A stretch of DNA of 27,336 bases, taken from the IMG/VR virus record IMGVR_UViG_2061766007_000524. One strand, given 5' to 3'. Below the pieces are notes generated by a model. It did no database searches and was not told the DNA's origin. It was given only the letters and a program-made list of their open reading frames with translations. Position 1 is the stretch's first letter, and each line of letters begins with the position of its first letter. A program made the position numbers and the translations under genes. Source of the stretch: an uncultured virus (IMG/VR IMGVR_UViG_2061766007_000524) (taxonomy: Duplodnaviria > Heunggongvirae > Uroviricota > Caudoviricetes). Below, piece by piece: positions 9,579-18,532 of this stretch.

Positions 9579-10436
9579 TCAAGAAATTTTAGAATAGGCG
9601 ATATTGTGACTTTCAAAGAAATCTTTCAGTTCAAACATCTGCGATTTCGTCATCTTCACTTCAAAGCGCAAAGTCCAAACTTTTTCTGTTTTCTTTGCTG
9701 TCGGCTCGTTGTGACGCTGTACAGGCTTTTCCGGCGCTTTCTGCGGTATAGGTGGGTCAAACATATCGCCTTGGGTTCCGGGCGCTCTATTGCGCCTTAA
9801 TTCAGCTTCACGCATCTGAGTTTCTTTCAGCGCTCTGTCTTTCGTAAGGATGGAACGAAGGTCATGCGTTTTCTTGTATTCTTCAAGAAGCGCTGGCTCA
9901 AACTCAGAGCCAAGATTGCGGATGGTGTGAAGGTCATCCAAGATGTTCATGAGGATTCCACGAATCTCACCCATTGCAATGTCCTGTTTGCATGTTGCGT
10001 TCAACCACTTCGGATTAAAGATTTGGTCGAACTCCACATAAGGGCCAATCCCCAATCCGCTGCACTGACCGTTGAAGTAAACTTTCAAGGCATTCAGCTT
10101 TTCCTCTTTGGCATCGTTTTCGAACTTCTTAACCTGAGAGTCAATACCCTTTGCGGTTTCATCACACATGCTGACAAGCTCTTTAACCTGTTCTTCCCAC
10201 TTCATGTATGGTTCAAGCCACTGTTTCTTTACAGCCTTGCGCTTGTCTTCCAGAGCGTCCTTGACCTTGTTGATTTCGGCCCGTTTCGTCTTTGCTTCTG
10301 CAATGGCATCTTCCGTGACTACCATGCCCTGATAGGGTGCAAGTGCCTGTTGCAGCCACTCTTTCGTCTCTTTGAAGTTGGATTCAATAGACTGTGGCTG
10401 AATGACCGACAAATCAGTTGTGACTTTAAATTCCAT
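9579..10436 (-). CDS. DUF1351-like coiled-coil protein
   Basis: AKTKRAEINKVKDALEDKRKAVKKQWLEPY and NPKWLNAT; usual position between YqaJ and Bet. Confidence 0.8.
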   Translation of the reverse strand: MEFKVTTDLSVIQPQSIESNFKETKEWLQQALAPYQGMVVTEDAIAEAKTKRAEINKVKDALEDKRKAVKKQWLEPYMKWEEQVKELVSMCDETAKGIDSQVKKFENDAKEEKLNALKVYFNGQCSGLGIGPYVEFDQIFNPKWLNATCKQDIAMGEIRGILMNILDDLHTIRNLGSEFEPALLEEYKKTHDLRSILTKDRALKETQMREAELRRNRAPGTQGDMFDPPIPQKAPEKPVQRHNEPTAKKTEKVWTLRFEVKMTKSQMFELKDFFESHNIAYSKIS

Positions 10437-10447
10437 ATCTGTCTCCT

Positions 10448-11092
10448 TTATAGTGTAAGTTTTACATTTGGGCTGTTTCCGGATTCTACGCTTTTCCAGA
10501 ATTGTTCTTCTTCATGCAAAAGCCAATCCATATCTTCCGAAAGGTCATCTTTCAGAAAGTAATATGTTCGGATTTGCGAATCAAAGTTCTGGAAAATCAA
10601 CTCTGCCGTGAGATAGGCAAAGTCAAAGTCAGTTGCCAAAAATTGATGAGCTATCTGGACAAGATACTGGTCTGGTATTCTGTCATTCCATTTGGCAAGG
10701 TCATTCTTGCTCTTGATGAAACTGGTCTTGATTTCCAGAATACCTTTAGCACCTTCTTCATCTTCCAGTTCACCGTCCAGCGTTGCCCGTAACCATGGGC
10801 GCTCTTTCTGGAATACAAAGTCATAGGGTCGATATGTCAGTTTCAATTCTTCATGTTTCAGCATGAACAGTTGACGAACGTGTTCTTCTGCTGATTGACC
10901 GTATCTGACATATTCGTTATCGGATAAGTCTTTCGGTTTCTTCTGCCCCGTCTTTATCTGCCAGAGTTCCGTGGCTGTCATCCAACTTGTAGCTCCGACA
11001 ATGGCGGCTGCTTCCGATGCCCCTATGCCGTTGTACTTCTCACGGCCCTTTAACCATGCTTCCCTGTCTTTAAAGTGGCGGTATGCTATCAT
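10448..11092 (-). CDS. YqaJ-like (lambda-type) exonuclease
   Basis: REAWLKGR..GIGASEAAAIVG, RATLDGEL, ILEIKT, IPDQYLVQIAH. Confidence 0.92.
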   Translation of the reverse strand: MIAYRHFKDREAWLKGREKYNGIGASEAAAIVGATSWMTATELWQIKTGQKKPKDLSDNEYVRYGQSAEEHVRQLFMLKHEELKLTYRPYDFVFQKERPWLRATLDGELEDEEGAKGILEIKTSFIKSKNDLAKWNDRIPDQYLVQIAHQFLATDFDFAYLTAELIFQNFDSQIRTYYFLKDDLSEDMDWLLHEEEQFWKSVESGNSPNVKLTL

Positions 11093-11283
11093 GTAGGAAT
11101 CACCATGTCATAGTCTCGGTTCGTATATTTCAGAAACTTCTTGTCTCCGTTTTTTAACGCCGCAACTCTGATTTCAGCTACTATTGGATTCCAACCACAC
11201 TTCTCGCATTTGCGACCATTTAGAGGGCATTCAATTCCTTCGCTGAATACGCAAAGCTCTACATCTTCTTTCTTCTTCATCAC
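11089..11283 (-). CDS. Small Cys-rich hypothetical protein
   Basis: C...C...CEKCGWNP; overlapping start/stop with both neighbours. Confidence 0.65.
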   Translation of the reverse strand: MMKKKEDVELCVFSEGIECPLNGRKCEKCGWNPIVAEIRVAALKNGDKKFLKYTNRDYDMVIPT

Positions 11284-11549
11284 ATCTCCATAATTTCCAT
11301 TATCTCGAAGCTTATCTGTCCGCTCAGTACCTTGACGGTTTTCTTCCTGCCGTTATTCTCGCAAAGACAATTCGTGCATTTCAGTCTTGTGCATGACAAA
11401 CATTTGTCAATCTGCTCCTGTGTGTCTCCGCTATCGAAAGTGCCTTTAAGAATAACTTTGCCAAATGAGTAACTACCGGAAGCGTCTACGGTTCTCCACG
11501 GCAGTTTGGCATCATACGTCGAAGCCAAAAGGCTGTTAATGTCATCCAT
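11280..11549 (-). CDS. Hypothetical protein with C-terminal Cys cluster
   Basis: Start moved to ATG 11549 (SD GGTGAGG); IDKCLSCTRLKCTNCL. Confidence 0.65.
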   Translation of the reverse strand: MDDINSLLASTYDAKLPWRTVDASGSYSFGKVILKGTFDSGDTQEQIDKCLSCTRLKCTNCLCENNGRKKTVKVLSGQISFEIMEIMEM

Positions 11550-11691
11550 GAACCTCACCGTTTTCAACCATGTTAGTAAGCTCTATCGTTTCTGCAAACG
11601 TCAGATGCTCACCAATCTTTTTCCCGTCAACATACACTGAAAAGATGTTTGTATCAGGCTCCCGCTTGATTTCAATTTTCTTGTAGGACAT
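11542..11691 (-). CDS. Hypothetical protein (49 aa; not in the ORF track)
   Basis: MSYKKIEIKREPDTNIFSVYVDGKKIGEHLTFAETIELTNMVENGEVHG; SD GAAAGGA; fills the gap between neighbours. Confidence 0.65.
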   Translation of the reverse strand: MSYKKIEIKREPDTNIFSVYVDGKKIGEHLTFAETIELTNMVENGEVHG

Positions 11692-12196
11692 TTCTGATTC
11701 CTTTCGTTTTCAGCTCAATATACTGGTTGATTACGAACTCTTTTGTGTTGTGGAACCTTGCTATTGCTACAATGGAATAACCTTCATCAATCATCTGGTC
11801 TACATCGTTCCAGTCGATGTGACTGAGTTTTTCTTTCTTCATCAAGAGACTGTGCTTGTGCCGCCATGCGCTTACTGCCTGTATCGAAACGCCAAAGACC
11901 ATTGCCATATCAGTATCACTCAGGTTCGCGTCGTAGAAGTCAACAGCGTTTTCAAACTGTTCGATTCTGGCAACTCCGTTCTTTGTCGTTGTGGTATTTG
12001 GCGTAACAGTAGGATTTACCTTTGGTGGATTGATTTTCCTTCCCGGCTCATAGAACTGGCACTTCCGAACATCATATTTCTGCCCCTTCGGTATCTGAGC
12101 TAACTTTGACGTTCCAGTGATAAACAGATAGTTGCATGAGCCGTTCTCAAACTTGTTGCTTCCACGGTATTTACAATCAGTCTTCGTGCAAGGCAC
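11672..12196 (-). CDS. Cys-rich N-terminus plus HTH-like domains
   Basis: CTKTDCKY...C; LSDTDMAMVFGVSIQAVSAWRHK; GYSIVAIARFH. Confidence 0.65.
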   Translation of the reverse strand: MPCTKTDCKYRGSNKFENGSCNYLFITGTSKLAQIPKGQKYDVRKCQFYEPGRKINPPKVNPTVTPNTTTTKNGVARIEQFENAVDFYDANLSDTDMAMVFGVSIQAVSAWRHKHSLLMKKEKLSHIDWNDVDQMIDEGYSIVAIARFHNTKEFVINQYIELKTKGIRNVLQEN

Positions 12197-12197
12197 T

Positions 12198-12704
12198 TTA
12201 TCCTTCTCTCCCTTCGTTGTACATTTTCAGATAGATGCAGATGTATTCGTTGCACTCCTCAATTTCCTGTAGAGCCATATATGCAACTTCCGCATCAAGT
12301 ATAGGACGCATGATTTCATTCATATGGTCTACTCCGAAGTCCAACAGATGTGTTGCATAACCCTTGATGCAAGGGCCGTATTTGCCATCTTCACTATCGG
12401 TAAAAATTGCTACTTCCCTATCGTCATCTTCCGATTCGGCAATCAGCTTCAAAATGTCACGAAGGGTAATTTTGCTTTCTGGAATCATCGGTGAATCAAA
12501 CTGCCGCAGAAGAACACCATTCACGACATTTCTCACAAGCTCAATAGCAGAGTCAATGCCTTTGGCTTGAATATACGGTTCCAGCGTGTTCATTAGCTTG
12601 TACATATTGTTTGTGGATATGCCGTACCTTTGGCAGATGTGTTTCACATGACTGGTTTCAACTTCTGCAAATGTCACTTCGTTTATAGGTTCGTTGCTTT
12701 CCAT
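12198..12704 (-). CDS. Hypothetical protein
   Basis: 168-aa ORF tightly packed in the operon. Confidence 0.65.
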   Translation of the reverse strand: MESNEPINEVTFAEVETSHVKHICQRYGISTNNMYKLMNTLEPYIQAKGIDSAIELVRNVVNGVLLRQFDSPMIPESKITLRDILKLIAESEDDDREVAIFTDSEDGKYGPCIKGYATHLLDFGVDHMNEIMRPILDAEVAYMALQEIEECNEYICIYLKMYNEGREG

Positions 12705-12919
12705 TTCTCATACACCATCCATTCTTCATCGTATTTGTCGAAGTCGCTCATTCTGTTGTTGAAAGCCTCCAACTTTTCAATCAACCAGTTCAACTTGCGA
12801 ATCATCCACAACTGAATGAGCGGTACGTTCACATACAGGATTCCCGTGATGATTGCCAGTGCGAAGATGATAAACGCTATAATCAGAACCTTATCCCAAA
12901 ACAGCATTCCCGTTATCAT
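12683..12919 (-). CDS. Small membrane protein
   Basis: Hydrophobic segment VLIIAFIIFALAIITGILYV; SD AAAGGAG before ATG 12919. Confidence 0.6.
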   Translation of the reverse strand: MITGMLFWDKVLIIAFIIFALAIITGILYVNVPLIQLWMIRKLNWLIEKLEAFNNRMSDFDKYDEEWMVYEKWKATNL

Positions 12920-13109
12920 TCTGTCTCCTTTTTTCCATACGTCTGGCATACAGGCCAGCGTTCAAATTGCTTTTACGCCTTTCGGCATCTTCCAATCTGG
13001 TGTATATTGTGCCATCGTGTACAGTCGTAATCACCTTGTCGAACATCTGTTCACGAACCAGATAGTAACCTTTCGCTCTTTTGGATTCCTTTATGTTCCA
13101 GATTTGCAT
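12891..13109 (-). CDS. Hypothetical protein
   Basis: 72-aa ORF overlapping both neighbours; SD-like GGGAAAG. Confidence 0.55.
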   Translation of the reverse strand: MQIWNIKESKRAKGYYLVREQMFDKVITTVHDGTIYTRLEDAERRKSNLNAGLYARRMEKRRQNDNGNAVLG

Positions 13110-13312
13110 AGGTCTTTCCCTTCAATGTAGTTTATAAACGGGATTCTCGGTATCTTTACCCTGTTCCCAATGCAGACAACAGGGAACCCCAACATTTCCG
13201 GCTTCTGCTGTGCTTGCATGTGAAGCGTCTGTTCGCTGCACTTCAATACGCTTGCTACTTGTTTACATGTCAACACCGCTGAATCAAGCGCTTTCAGTTC
13301 CGACATATTCAT
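13091..13312 (-). CDS. Excisionase-like HTH DNA-binding protein
   Basis: LTCKQVASVLKCSEQTL...LGFPVVCIGNRVKIPRIPF, a Xis/MerR-type wHTH pattern. Confidence 0.65.
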   Translation of the reverse strand: MNMSELKALDSAVLTCKQVASVLKCSEQTLHMQAQQKPEMLGFPVVCIGNRVKIPRIPFINYIEGKDLCKSGT

Positions 13313-13529
13313 TTTTCTCAATCCAGTATTCTTTCCACCTTGTCGGCGTACCATCTGAACGTTTGGAGTAAACCATTCTCCCGTTAATCGGAACTCCCAT
13401 TGCTTTCAAGTCGAAAATCCTTGCTCCCAACCTCGTGATGTTCAACTGGTAAATTGCAATGGTCGTTGTAATAACAGGATGGTTCAGCATGTATTTGAGA
13501 ACCTTTTTATTTTGCGCTTCGTGGCTCAT
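13284..13529 (-). CDS. Winged-HTH protein (HTH_39-like)
   Basis: QNKKVLKYM...ITTTIAIYQLNITRLGARIFDLKAMGVPI...EY. Confidence 0.75.
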   Translation of the reverse strand: MSHEAQNKKVLKYMLNHPVITTTIAIYQLNITRLGARIFDLKAMGVPINGRMVYSKRSDGTPTRWKEYWIEKNEYVGTESA

Positions 13530-13653
13530 TTCTTTCCATCGCTTCCTTCATCAGTTTTCTTTGAAGTCTCATAATTTGGAACTGTGCATTTTTACTGAGT
13601 GCCGGAGTTCTGGCAGACTGTTTTCCACCCGTGAATGTTCTGTTCTTAGCCAT
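13507..13653 (-). CDS. Hypothetical protein (48 aa; not in the ORF track)
   Basis: MAKNRTFTGGKQSARTPALSKNAQFQIMRLQRKLMKEAMERDEPRSAK; SD GAGGA. Confidence 0.55.
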   Translation of the reverse strand: MAKNRTFTGGKQSARTPALSKNAQFQIMRLQRKLMKEAMERNEPRSAK

Positions 13654-13654
13654 A

Positions 13655-13894
13655 TCAAAGTTCCTCTAACTGTTCTTCTCTGCGAAGGTCATACAGCATA
13701 TCTTCAAGATTTGCTTTTCGGTTTATTTCTTCTTCTTCCCAACGCATCTGCCAATATTCTTCGGCATCTTCGTGGCACATGCAGCAGGAACAACCAATCC
13801 ATTTGTCGGAAATGAAAACTTCTTCATAGTCTCTACTGCCGCAGGATGGACAAGGTGGATATTCTGGCGGGTCTGGCGGGTCAAGCCAACTCAT
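13655..13894 (-). CDS. Small Zn-ribbon phage protein
   Basis: MSWLDPPD..CPSCGS...IGCSCC; SD AAAGGAG. Confidence 0.65.
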   Translation of the reverse strand: MSWLDPPDPPEYPPCPSCGSRDYEEVFISDKWIGCSCCMCHEDAEEYWQMRWEEEEINRKANLEDMLYDLRREEQLEEL

Positions 13895-13907
13895 TTTCTG
13901 TTCTCCT

Positions 13908-14228
13908 TTATTCAAACATCGTGTACTGCCCTTCTAACGGTATTGGCGGTAAGTCTTCTACGTGGCAGCTTATCTTTCCCAACTTCTTCTGGTCGAGTAT
14001 CGTAAGTTCCTGCGTATAAGGCATGTTGTACATTCCACACGCCTTGTACATCAATCGCCAGTCAGACGCTTTACTATTCGTCACTCCGTAGACTTTGCAC
14101 TTGTAAATCATTCTGTGCGTTCTATAACCACGGAAGTGAATACAGTCCTTGCACATCTTCCCGTCACACCGTCCGAACAGCGAGTACATCAAATCAATCC
14201 GATTTACTTCCTGCTGCTTCATCATCAA
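13908..14228 (-). CDS. Cys-rich hypothetical phage protein
   Basis: CKDCIHF...YKCKVYG...SDWR...ACG. Confidence 0.65.
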   Translation of the reverse strand: MMMKQQEVNRIDLMYSLFGRCDGKMCKDCIHFRGYRTHRMIYKCKVYGVTNSKASDWRLMYKACGMYNMPYTQELTILDQKKLGKISCHVEDLPPIPLEGQYTMFE

Positions 14229-15156
14229 ACAGCGACGTTGGCTGTAGCTCTTTCTGCGCTTCTGCCGCTTGCAGATTCTTCACCGACAGATTGTAATAGG
14301 ATTCTTTCAGCTCAATTCCGATGTACCTTCGGCCCATCAGAATAGATTGATAACCAGTAGAGCCGATTCCTGAGAACGGGTCGAGGACAATATCGTTGGG
14401 GTTAGTCCAAAGTTCTACGCAACGTTCAATAACACTAAGCTGCAAAGGGCAAATATGCCGTTCGTCTGAATCTTCTCTTGCCAACTTTCCATTTAGCGTG
14501 TCACTTGGGTTTATATCCCACCATACTGGACTTGCGTATTCTTCCCAAATCGGTGAAGCAACTTCCTGCCAATGGCTGACCGGATAAGTCTCGTTTGTAT
14601 GTGTTACACGTTCCGGATTATCACCCGGCTTTCTGAATGTAACGACATAATCCGGTATTCCCATGCGGCTCATGCAAGAGTCTTTCTTAATCTGCTTATG
14701 CAAAAGGCCAAGCGCTTTTGTACGCTGCATGGCAGATACAGGGTTTTTCCAGATACAAACCTCACTGTGATAGATGAAACCAAGCTGCTGCATCCATCTG
14801 ATAAGCTGACCTCTGAAATCGACTATGCCAATCTGACCGTCTCTTTCCTTGCTCATAGGTAAGTTCATGCAATGGACAGATACGCACCGTCCGGGCATCA
14901 TCACCCTGTACCATTCTTTTCCAAGGAACATGTACTGCTCCCAAAATTCATCGTGGCTTTTGCAGTTGCCCATATCTCTTTCGCTGTTACTATATGTATA
15001 AAGCGAAGCAAACGGTATGGATGTCATGCAATAATGAATGCTGTTGTCCGGTATGCCTTGCAGCACTACAGTTGAATCTCCGTTGTAGACGAAGAAGTTC
15101 TTGCCGCTTTCCTGTGCTAACACTTTTACTTTTTTCTTCATGCACTCACCAACCAA
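14194..15156 (-). CDS. DNA amino-methyltransferase (N4-C/N6-A, beta class)
   Basis: Motif IV variant TSIPF near the N-terminus, HICPLQ, motif I VLDPFSGIGSTG, YIGIELK. Confidence 0.9.
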   Translation of the reverse strand: MVGECMKKKVKVLAQESGKNFFVYNGDSTVVLQGIPDNSIHYCMTSIPFASLYTYSNSERDMGNCKSHDEFWEQYMFLGKEWYRVMMPGRCVSVHCMNLPMSKERDGQIGIVDFRGQLIRWMQQLGFIYHSEVCIWKNPVSAMQRTKALGLLHKQIKKDSCMSRMGIPDYVVTFRKPGDNPERVTHTNETYPVSHWQEVASPIWEEYASPVWWDINPSDTLNGKLAREDSDERHICPLQLSVIERCVELWTNPNDIVLDPFSGIGSTGYQSILMGRRYIGIELKESYYNLSVKNLQAAEAQKELQPTSLFDDEAAGSKSD

Positions 15157-16541
15157 TCCGGTATTTTCATAATGACTTGTGGGTTATATGGAATACTGAT
15201 TCTTGCCGTTCCTCTGATTTCATGTTCCAGAATATCTTTTGTGTGCTTCACCATTTCCTGCACCATCTGAGCCGCCTGTTTCTCTTTCCGTTCAATATTG
15301 TCCTTTACGGCTCCTTCCGCTTCGGAAGTGATGATATGAACGTCAACCGGATATTCCTGCCCGAAACGCCAGCAGCGTCTTATTGACTGGTACATCAATT
15401 CAAAGGAATCACTTAAACCTACGAATATCTCATTGTGGCAGTTCTGCCAGTTAAGACCCATCCCAGCGATTGTGCCTTTGGTGATAAGGTATCTGACTTT
15501 CCCAAGAGCAAAGTTGTTTAGTGTTGTAATCTTATATTCCGGGTCATCTGAACCTCTGACTTCCATTGCATCCGGAATCAGTCTTTGCAGTTCATCAGCT
15601 TCACTGTTCAAATCACACCACAGAACCCATTGCTCATTTGGTTTCTCAGCTATCAAGTCTGCTGCCAACTGGCATCTGTCTGTGAGACTGTTTCGCCTTG
15701 CCGACCGTCTGTCATTCAAAGTTTCGGCAATACCCGCGAACATCGAATAGTTATCTCCGATAAGATTTTCTTCGTACTTGACCGTATGCTGAATCGTGTT
15801 CAACGGTGGAAGAACATAAGCCGAACCGTCATATCCTAAATCAGATGGATTCGTTAAAACACAGGCCCATGTTGCCATCCATTCCCAAAACTTATCTTGT
15901 GCGTGTCCTTTCAATCTCCACTTTGATGTTTCACCACCGTCATGGATAAAGTATGTTGCCAGCATTTCGGTTCTGCTCATTACGCCTAAGAACTCACATT
16001 GATTTCCAAGTTCCATGAAATCGTTTGGAGCTGGTGTTGCGGTGCATGATAGCTTGTACGGCGTTCTCTGAAACATTTCAATGATTTCAGTCCGTATCTT
16101 TCCAGTAAAGGATTTCAAGATGCTCGATTCGTCGAGTACAACACCGCTGTATGCTGTCGCTTCGAAATGGGAAAGCATTTCATAGTTCGTAATGTTTACG
16201 CCGTTGATGATTTGTTTCTGGTCTCTTACAACCTTCACATTCTCATATCCGAACTTCTCTGCTTCACGTTTTGTCTGCTCTGCAACTGAAAGAGGGCAAA
16301 CATAAAGGACTGGCTTTCCGGTATGTTCAACAACGCTTGTACTCCATTCGAGACTTTGGATTGCTTTACCAAGTCCGCAATCTTCAAACAGTGCTGCGCG
16401 TCCTTTTTTTAGCGCCCAAGAAACAACGTCCTTCTGCCACAGGAACAGGTTCTTGTTCATCTGGTCTTTCGGCTTCTCGAACCCGCAGCTCTGAGCCACC
16501 ATCTTCTTGCTTTCCAGAAACTCTTCGTATGTTTTGCTCAT
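15138..16541 (-). CDS. SNF2-like SF2 helicase/ATPase
   Basis: DCGLGKA (Walker A variant), VLDESS, TATPAPND, GMGLNWQ, QSIRRCWRFGQ. Confidence 0.9.
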   Translation of the reverse strand: MSKTYEEFLESKKMVAQSCGFEKPKDQMNKNLFLWQKDVVSWALKKGRAALFEDCGLGKAIQSLEWSTSVVEHTGKPVLYVCPLSVAEQTKREAEKFGYENVKVVRDQKQIINGVNITNYEMLSHFEATAYSGVVLDESSILKSFTGKIRTEIIEMFQRTPYKLSCTATPAPNDFMELGNQCEFLGVMSRTEMLATYFIHDGGETSKWRLKGHAQDKFWEWMATWACVLTNPSDLGYDGSAYVLPPLNTIQHTVKYEENLIGDNYSMFAGIAETLNDRRSARRNSLTDRCQLAADLIAEKPNEQWVLWCDLNSEADELQRLIPDAMEVRGSDDPEYKITTLNNFALGKVRYLITKGTIAGMGLNWQNCHNEIFVGLSDSFELMYQSIRRCWRFGQEYPVDVHIITSEAEGAVKDNIERKEKQAAQMVQEMVKHTKDILEHEIRGTARISIPYNPQVIMKIPDWLVSA

Positions 16542-16813
16542 GGTGTCATCCTCTGAAAGTTCAATCGCTTCAGACCAGTGTAGAGAACCCCGTTTATCTC
16601 CATGATTCCGTCACTTGTGAACCATCCGTCTTTGAATCGCCGTTCCTGCTCAGTCGGGTTGAAACCGCACTTGTAGCATTTCTGTGAGCATGGTCTTGGC
16701 GTTTCGGTGATTTCCGGTTCTCCAAAGTCGTTCGTTATCAATCGTGTACACGGCTTGATAATGTTCGTGTTTACCATCACTGTTCCTTTCTTGTTTGACA
16801 CGTTATGTGTCAT
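16538..16813 (-). CDS. Hypothetical protein
   Basis: CYKCGFNP motif similar to that in 11089-11283; follows cro. Confidence 0.6.
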   Translation of the reverse strand: MTHNVSNKKGTVMVNTNIIKPCTRLITNDFGEPEITETPRPCSQKCYKCGFNPTEQERRFKDGWFTSDGIMEINGVLYTGLKRLNFQRMTP

Positions 16814-17009
16814 TTTCTGGCAAATAAAAAAGTTCCTCTATTTTCTTGTGATAAAAAGAAGCAAGTTTTACCTTAATAGAATCTCGTGGAACTCTTTCGC
16901 CGTTTTCGTACATCATGAGCGCAGAAAGTGATATACCAACGTTTTCGCACACTTCTTTACGTGGAATATCCCCTCTGGCTTCTCTCAACCTTTTGCCAAG
17001 CTCAGTCAT
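16803..17009 (-). CDS. Cro-like XRE HTH regulator
   Basis: LREARG...EVCENVGISLSALMMYENGERVP; divergent from the CI-like gene. Confidence 0.9.
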   Translation of the reverse strand: MTELGKRLREARGDIPRKEVCENVGISLSALMMYENGERVPRDSIKVKLASFYHKKIEELFYLPENDT

Positions 17010-17026
17010 TTAATCACCTTCTTTCT

Positions 17027-17153
17027 TGGCACGTTCTGTGCCTGTTTGAGCATATATTACCACCTGACACTTATCGTGTCAACGACTTTGTTTTGTAACT
17101 TTTGCTTGCTTTGTGACACGTTTCGTGTTATCATAATGGCACGAAGGGGGTCA
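17027..17153. promoter_or_regulatory. Lysis/lysogeny switch: divergent sigma-A promoters and four operators TG(A/G)CAC-N5-GTGTCA
   Basis: Leftward TTGACA(17077-17082)-N17-TAATAT; rightward TTGCTT(17106-17111)-N17-TATCAT. Palindromes at 17027-17043, 17065-17081, 17114-17130 and 17137-17153; a fifth copy at 16796-16812. Confidence 0.85.
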
Positions 17154-17158
17154 CAAAA

Positions 17159-17506
17159 ATGCCTGATTATAGCGACGTTTTGAAATATCTACGCAAGCGT
17201 GAAGGGCTTTCGCAAGAACAGCTTGCGAAGAAGCTCGGAATCAGTAGAAGTAGATTGAACAATTATGAACAAGGAATCAGAGAGCCAGATTTTGAAACGG
17301 CTGAGTTATTCTGCGATTTCTTCAATGTTGATATGGACACGCTTCTTGCAAGGCAAAACGTAGAGCCGCACATTGTGTCTTATCCAAATGATGTTGGTGA
17401 GTTGTCAGATGCAACACAAGTTCTGTTTCAAACATTGAAAGGTGCTACTGAGGAAGAAATTCTCCAAGCCGTAAAAATCATTGAGGCTTTGAAGAAAAAT
17501 GTCTGA
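17159..17506 (+). CDS. CI/ImmR-like repressor (XRE HTH)
   Basis: LKYLRKREGLSQEQLAKKLGISRSRLNNYEQGIREP; no S24 autocleavage domain. Confidence 0.92.
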   Translation: MPDYSDVLKYLRKREGLSQEQLAKKLGISRSRLNNYEQGIREPDFETAELFCDFFNVDMDTLLARQNVEPHIVSYPNDVGELSDATQVLFQTLKGATEEEILQAVKIIEALKKNV

Positions 17507-17765
17507 TTTAGTTTGGGGAAGGGATTATTTCGTCAGATATATCAAACTTCCTTATCATATCGGCGGCGCGTCAACGGTTAATGATGATGGAACTTATAAC
17601 ATCTATATTAACTCTCGTCTTTATGCCGATAAACAATGGGATGCTTTTGAACACGAACTGATTCATTGCGAAGCTGGACATCTTGATGAATTTAAGGATT
17701 TGCCTTTAGAAATCAAAGAGTGGGAAGCTGAACATTTAAAACCAATAATGAGAGAAGTAATATAA
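17499..17765 (+). CDS. ImmA/IrrE-like metallopeptidase (anti-repressor)
   Basis: YNIYINSRL...FEHELIH (HExxH); coupled to the repressor gene. Confidence 0.85.
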   Translation: MSDLVWGRDYFVRYIKLPYHIGGASTVNDDGTYNIYINSRLYADKQWDAFEHELIHCEAGHLDEFKDLPLEIKEWEAEHLKPIMREVI

Positions 17766-17791
17766 AAACCGCCCATCCGAAGATAGGCGGC
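17764..17791 (-). terminator. Intrinsic terminator for the minus-strand transcript of 18011-18532
   Basis: GCCGCCTATC-TTCG-GATGGGCGGT followed by TTTT on the minus strand. Confidence 0.8.
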
Positions 17792-17835
17792 AAACAGCTT
17801 GTAACCGAACCTCTACTGTTTAAGTAAGGTTTTCT

Positions 17836-17996
17836 CCCGTGGAACATGATTTGTACTGTAGAAAGAATTTAATCCCCTTACTTGCACCAATGAACCTTCA
17901 CGCATAACTGCTCGTATAACAGAAATAATAACGGAAATCTTTTACACTTAGAACATTAGGCCCAAAGTAGACTACAATATTCTTCGGTTCCACAGG
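17836..17996 (-). ncRNA. Candidate structured RNA downstream of the coiled-coil gene
   Basis: Nested long-range stems CCUGUGGAAC/GUUCCACGGG and UAUUGUAG/CUACAGUA; the G-U pairs work only on the minus strand. Confidence 0.55.
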
Positions 17997-18010
17997 ACGG
18001 CGGTTTTGTT

Positions 18011-18532
18011 TTACAGGTTAATTTCTAATTCTATCTCTCTTAAATCGTTGTTGACCTTATCAAGCCAGAGCTGTGCTTTAACAAGGCGGTCTGAGACTTC
18101 TTCATAGAGTTTCTTCGCCGCTTCAATATCATAGTTGGCATACTCGTACTCAATGAAGTTGCTGGCTTTCTCTCCATACCCGTGACCCTTCCGGTTCTTC
18201 GGAAGCCTTTTGAACATGCGGTCAAGTTTATCTTTCTGGCGTTTCAACTGCGGAAGGTAAACAAGCATTTCGTCAATCTTCATCTCAAACTCCGGAACGG
18301 TTGTTGTCGTGTTGAAACGATTGATTGCGTGTTTCACTTTCCGGATTGAGGCATCGTATTCGTCAATCTTTTTCTGCGTTGCTGCAAAATCATATACAGG
18401 ACGAACATCTTCTATGTTCTCCACCGTTGCAGCAATAAACGTGTCTCTCATGCTCTCTTGCTGGATAAGGGCGTATTCTTCATCCATCAACCTTTTAAGA
18501 AGCTTGTTCGCTTCTGCTGACGTGTATTTCAT
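18011..18532 (-). CDS. Helical coiled-coil protein resembling the DIP1984/DUF6847-like family
   Basis: MKYTSAEANKLLKRL...IRKVKHAINRFN.TT.V...AQLWLDKVN; strong SD AAGGAG. Family assignment is from recall only. Confidence 0.6.
   Translation of the reverse strand: MKYTSAEANKLLKRLMDEEYALIQQESMRDTFIAATVENIEDVRPVYDFAATQKKIDEYDASIRKVKHAINRFNTTTTVPEFEMKIDEMLVYLPQLKRQKDKLDRMFKRLPKNRKGHGYGEKASNFIEYEYANYDIEAAKKLYEEVSDRLVKAQLWLDKVNNDLREIELEINL

Noticed and set aside
8826..10562. Long plus-strand ORFs (324 aa, 232 aa) and other antisense ORFs in the track
   Set aside because: They are shadows of well-supported minus-strand genes, with no RBS or recognisable motifs.
15000..15030. TSIPF instead of SPP(Y/F) as an inactive methyltransferase
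   Set aside because: I recall this variant in helicase-linked phage methyltransferases, and the other motifs are intact, so there is no sequence-based case for inactivity.
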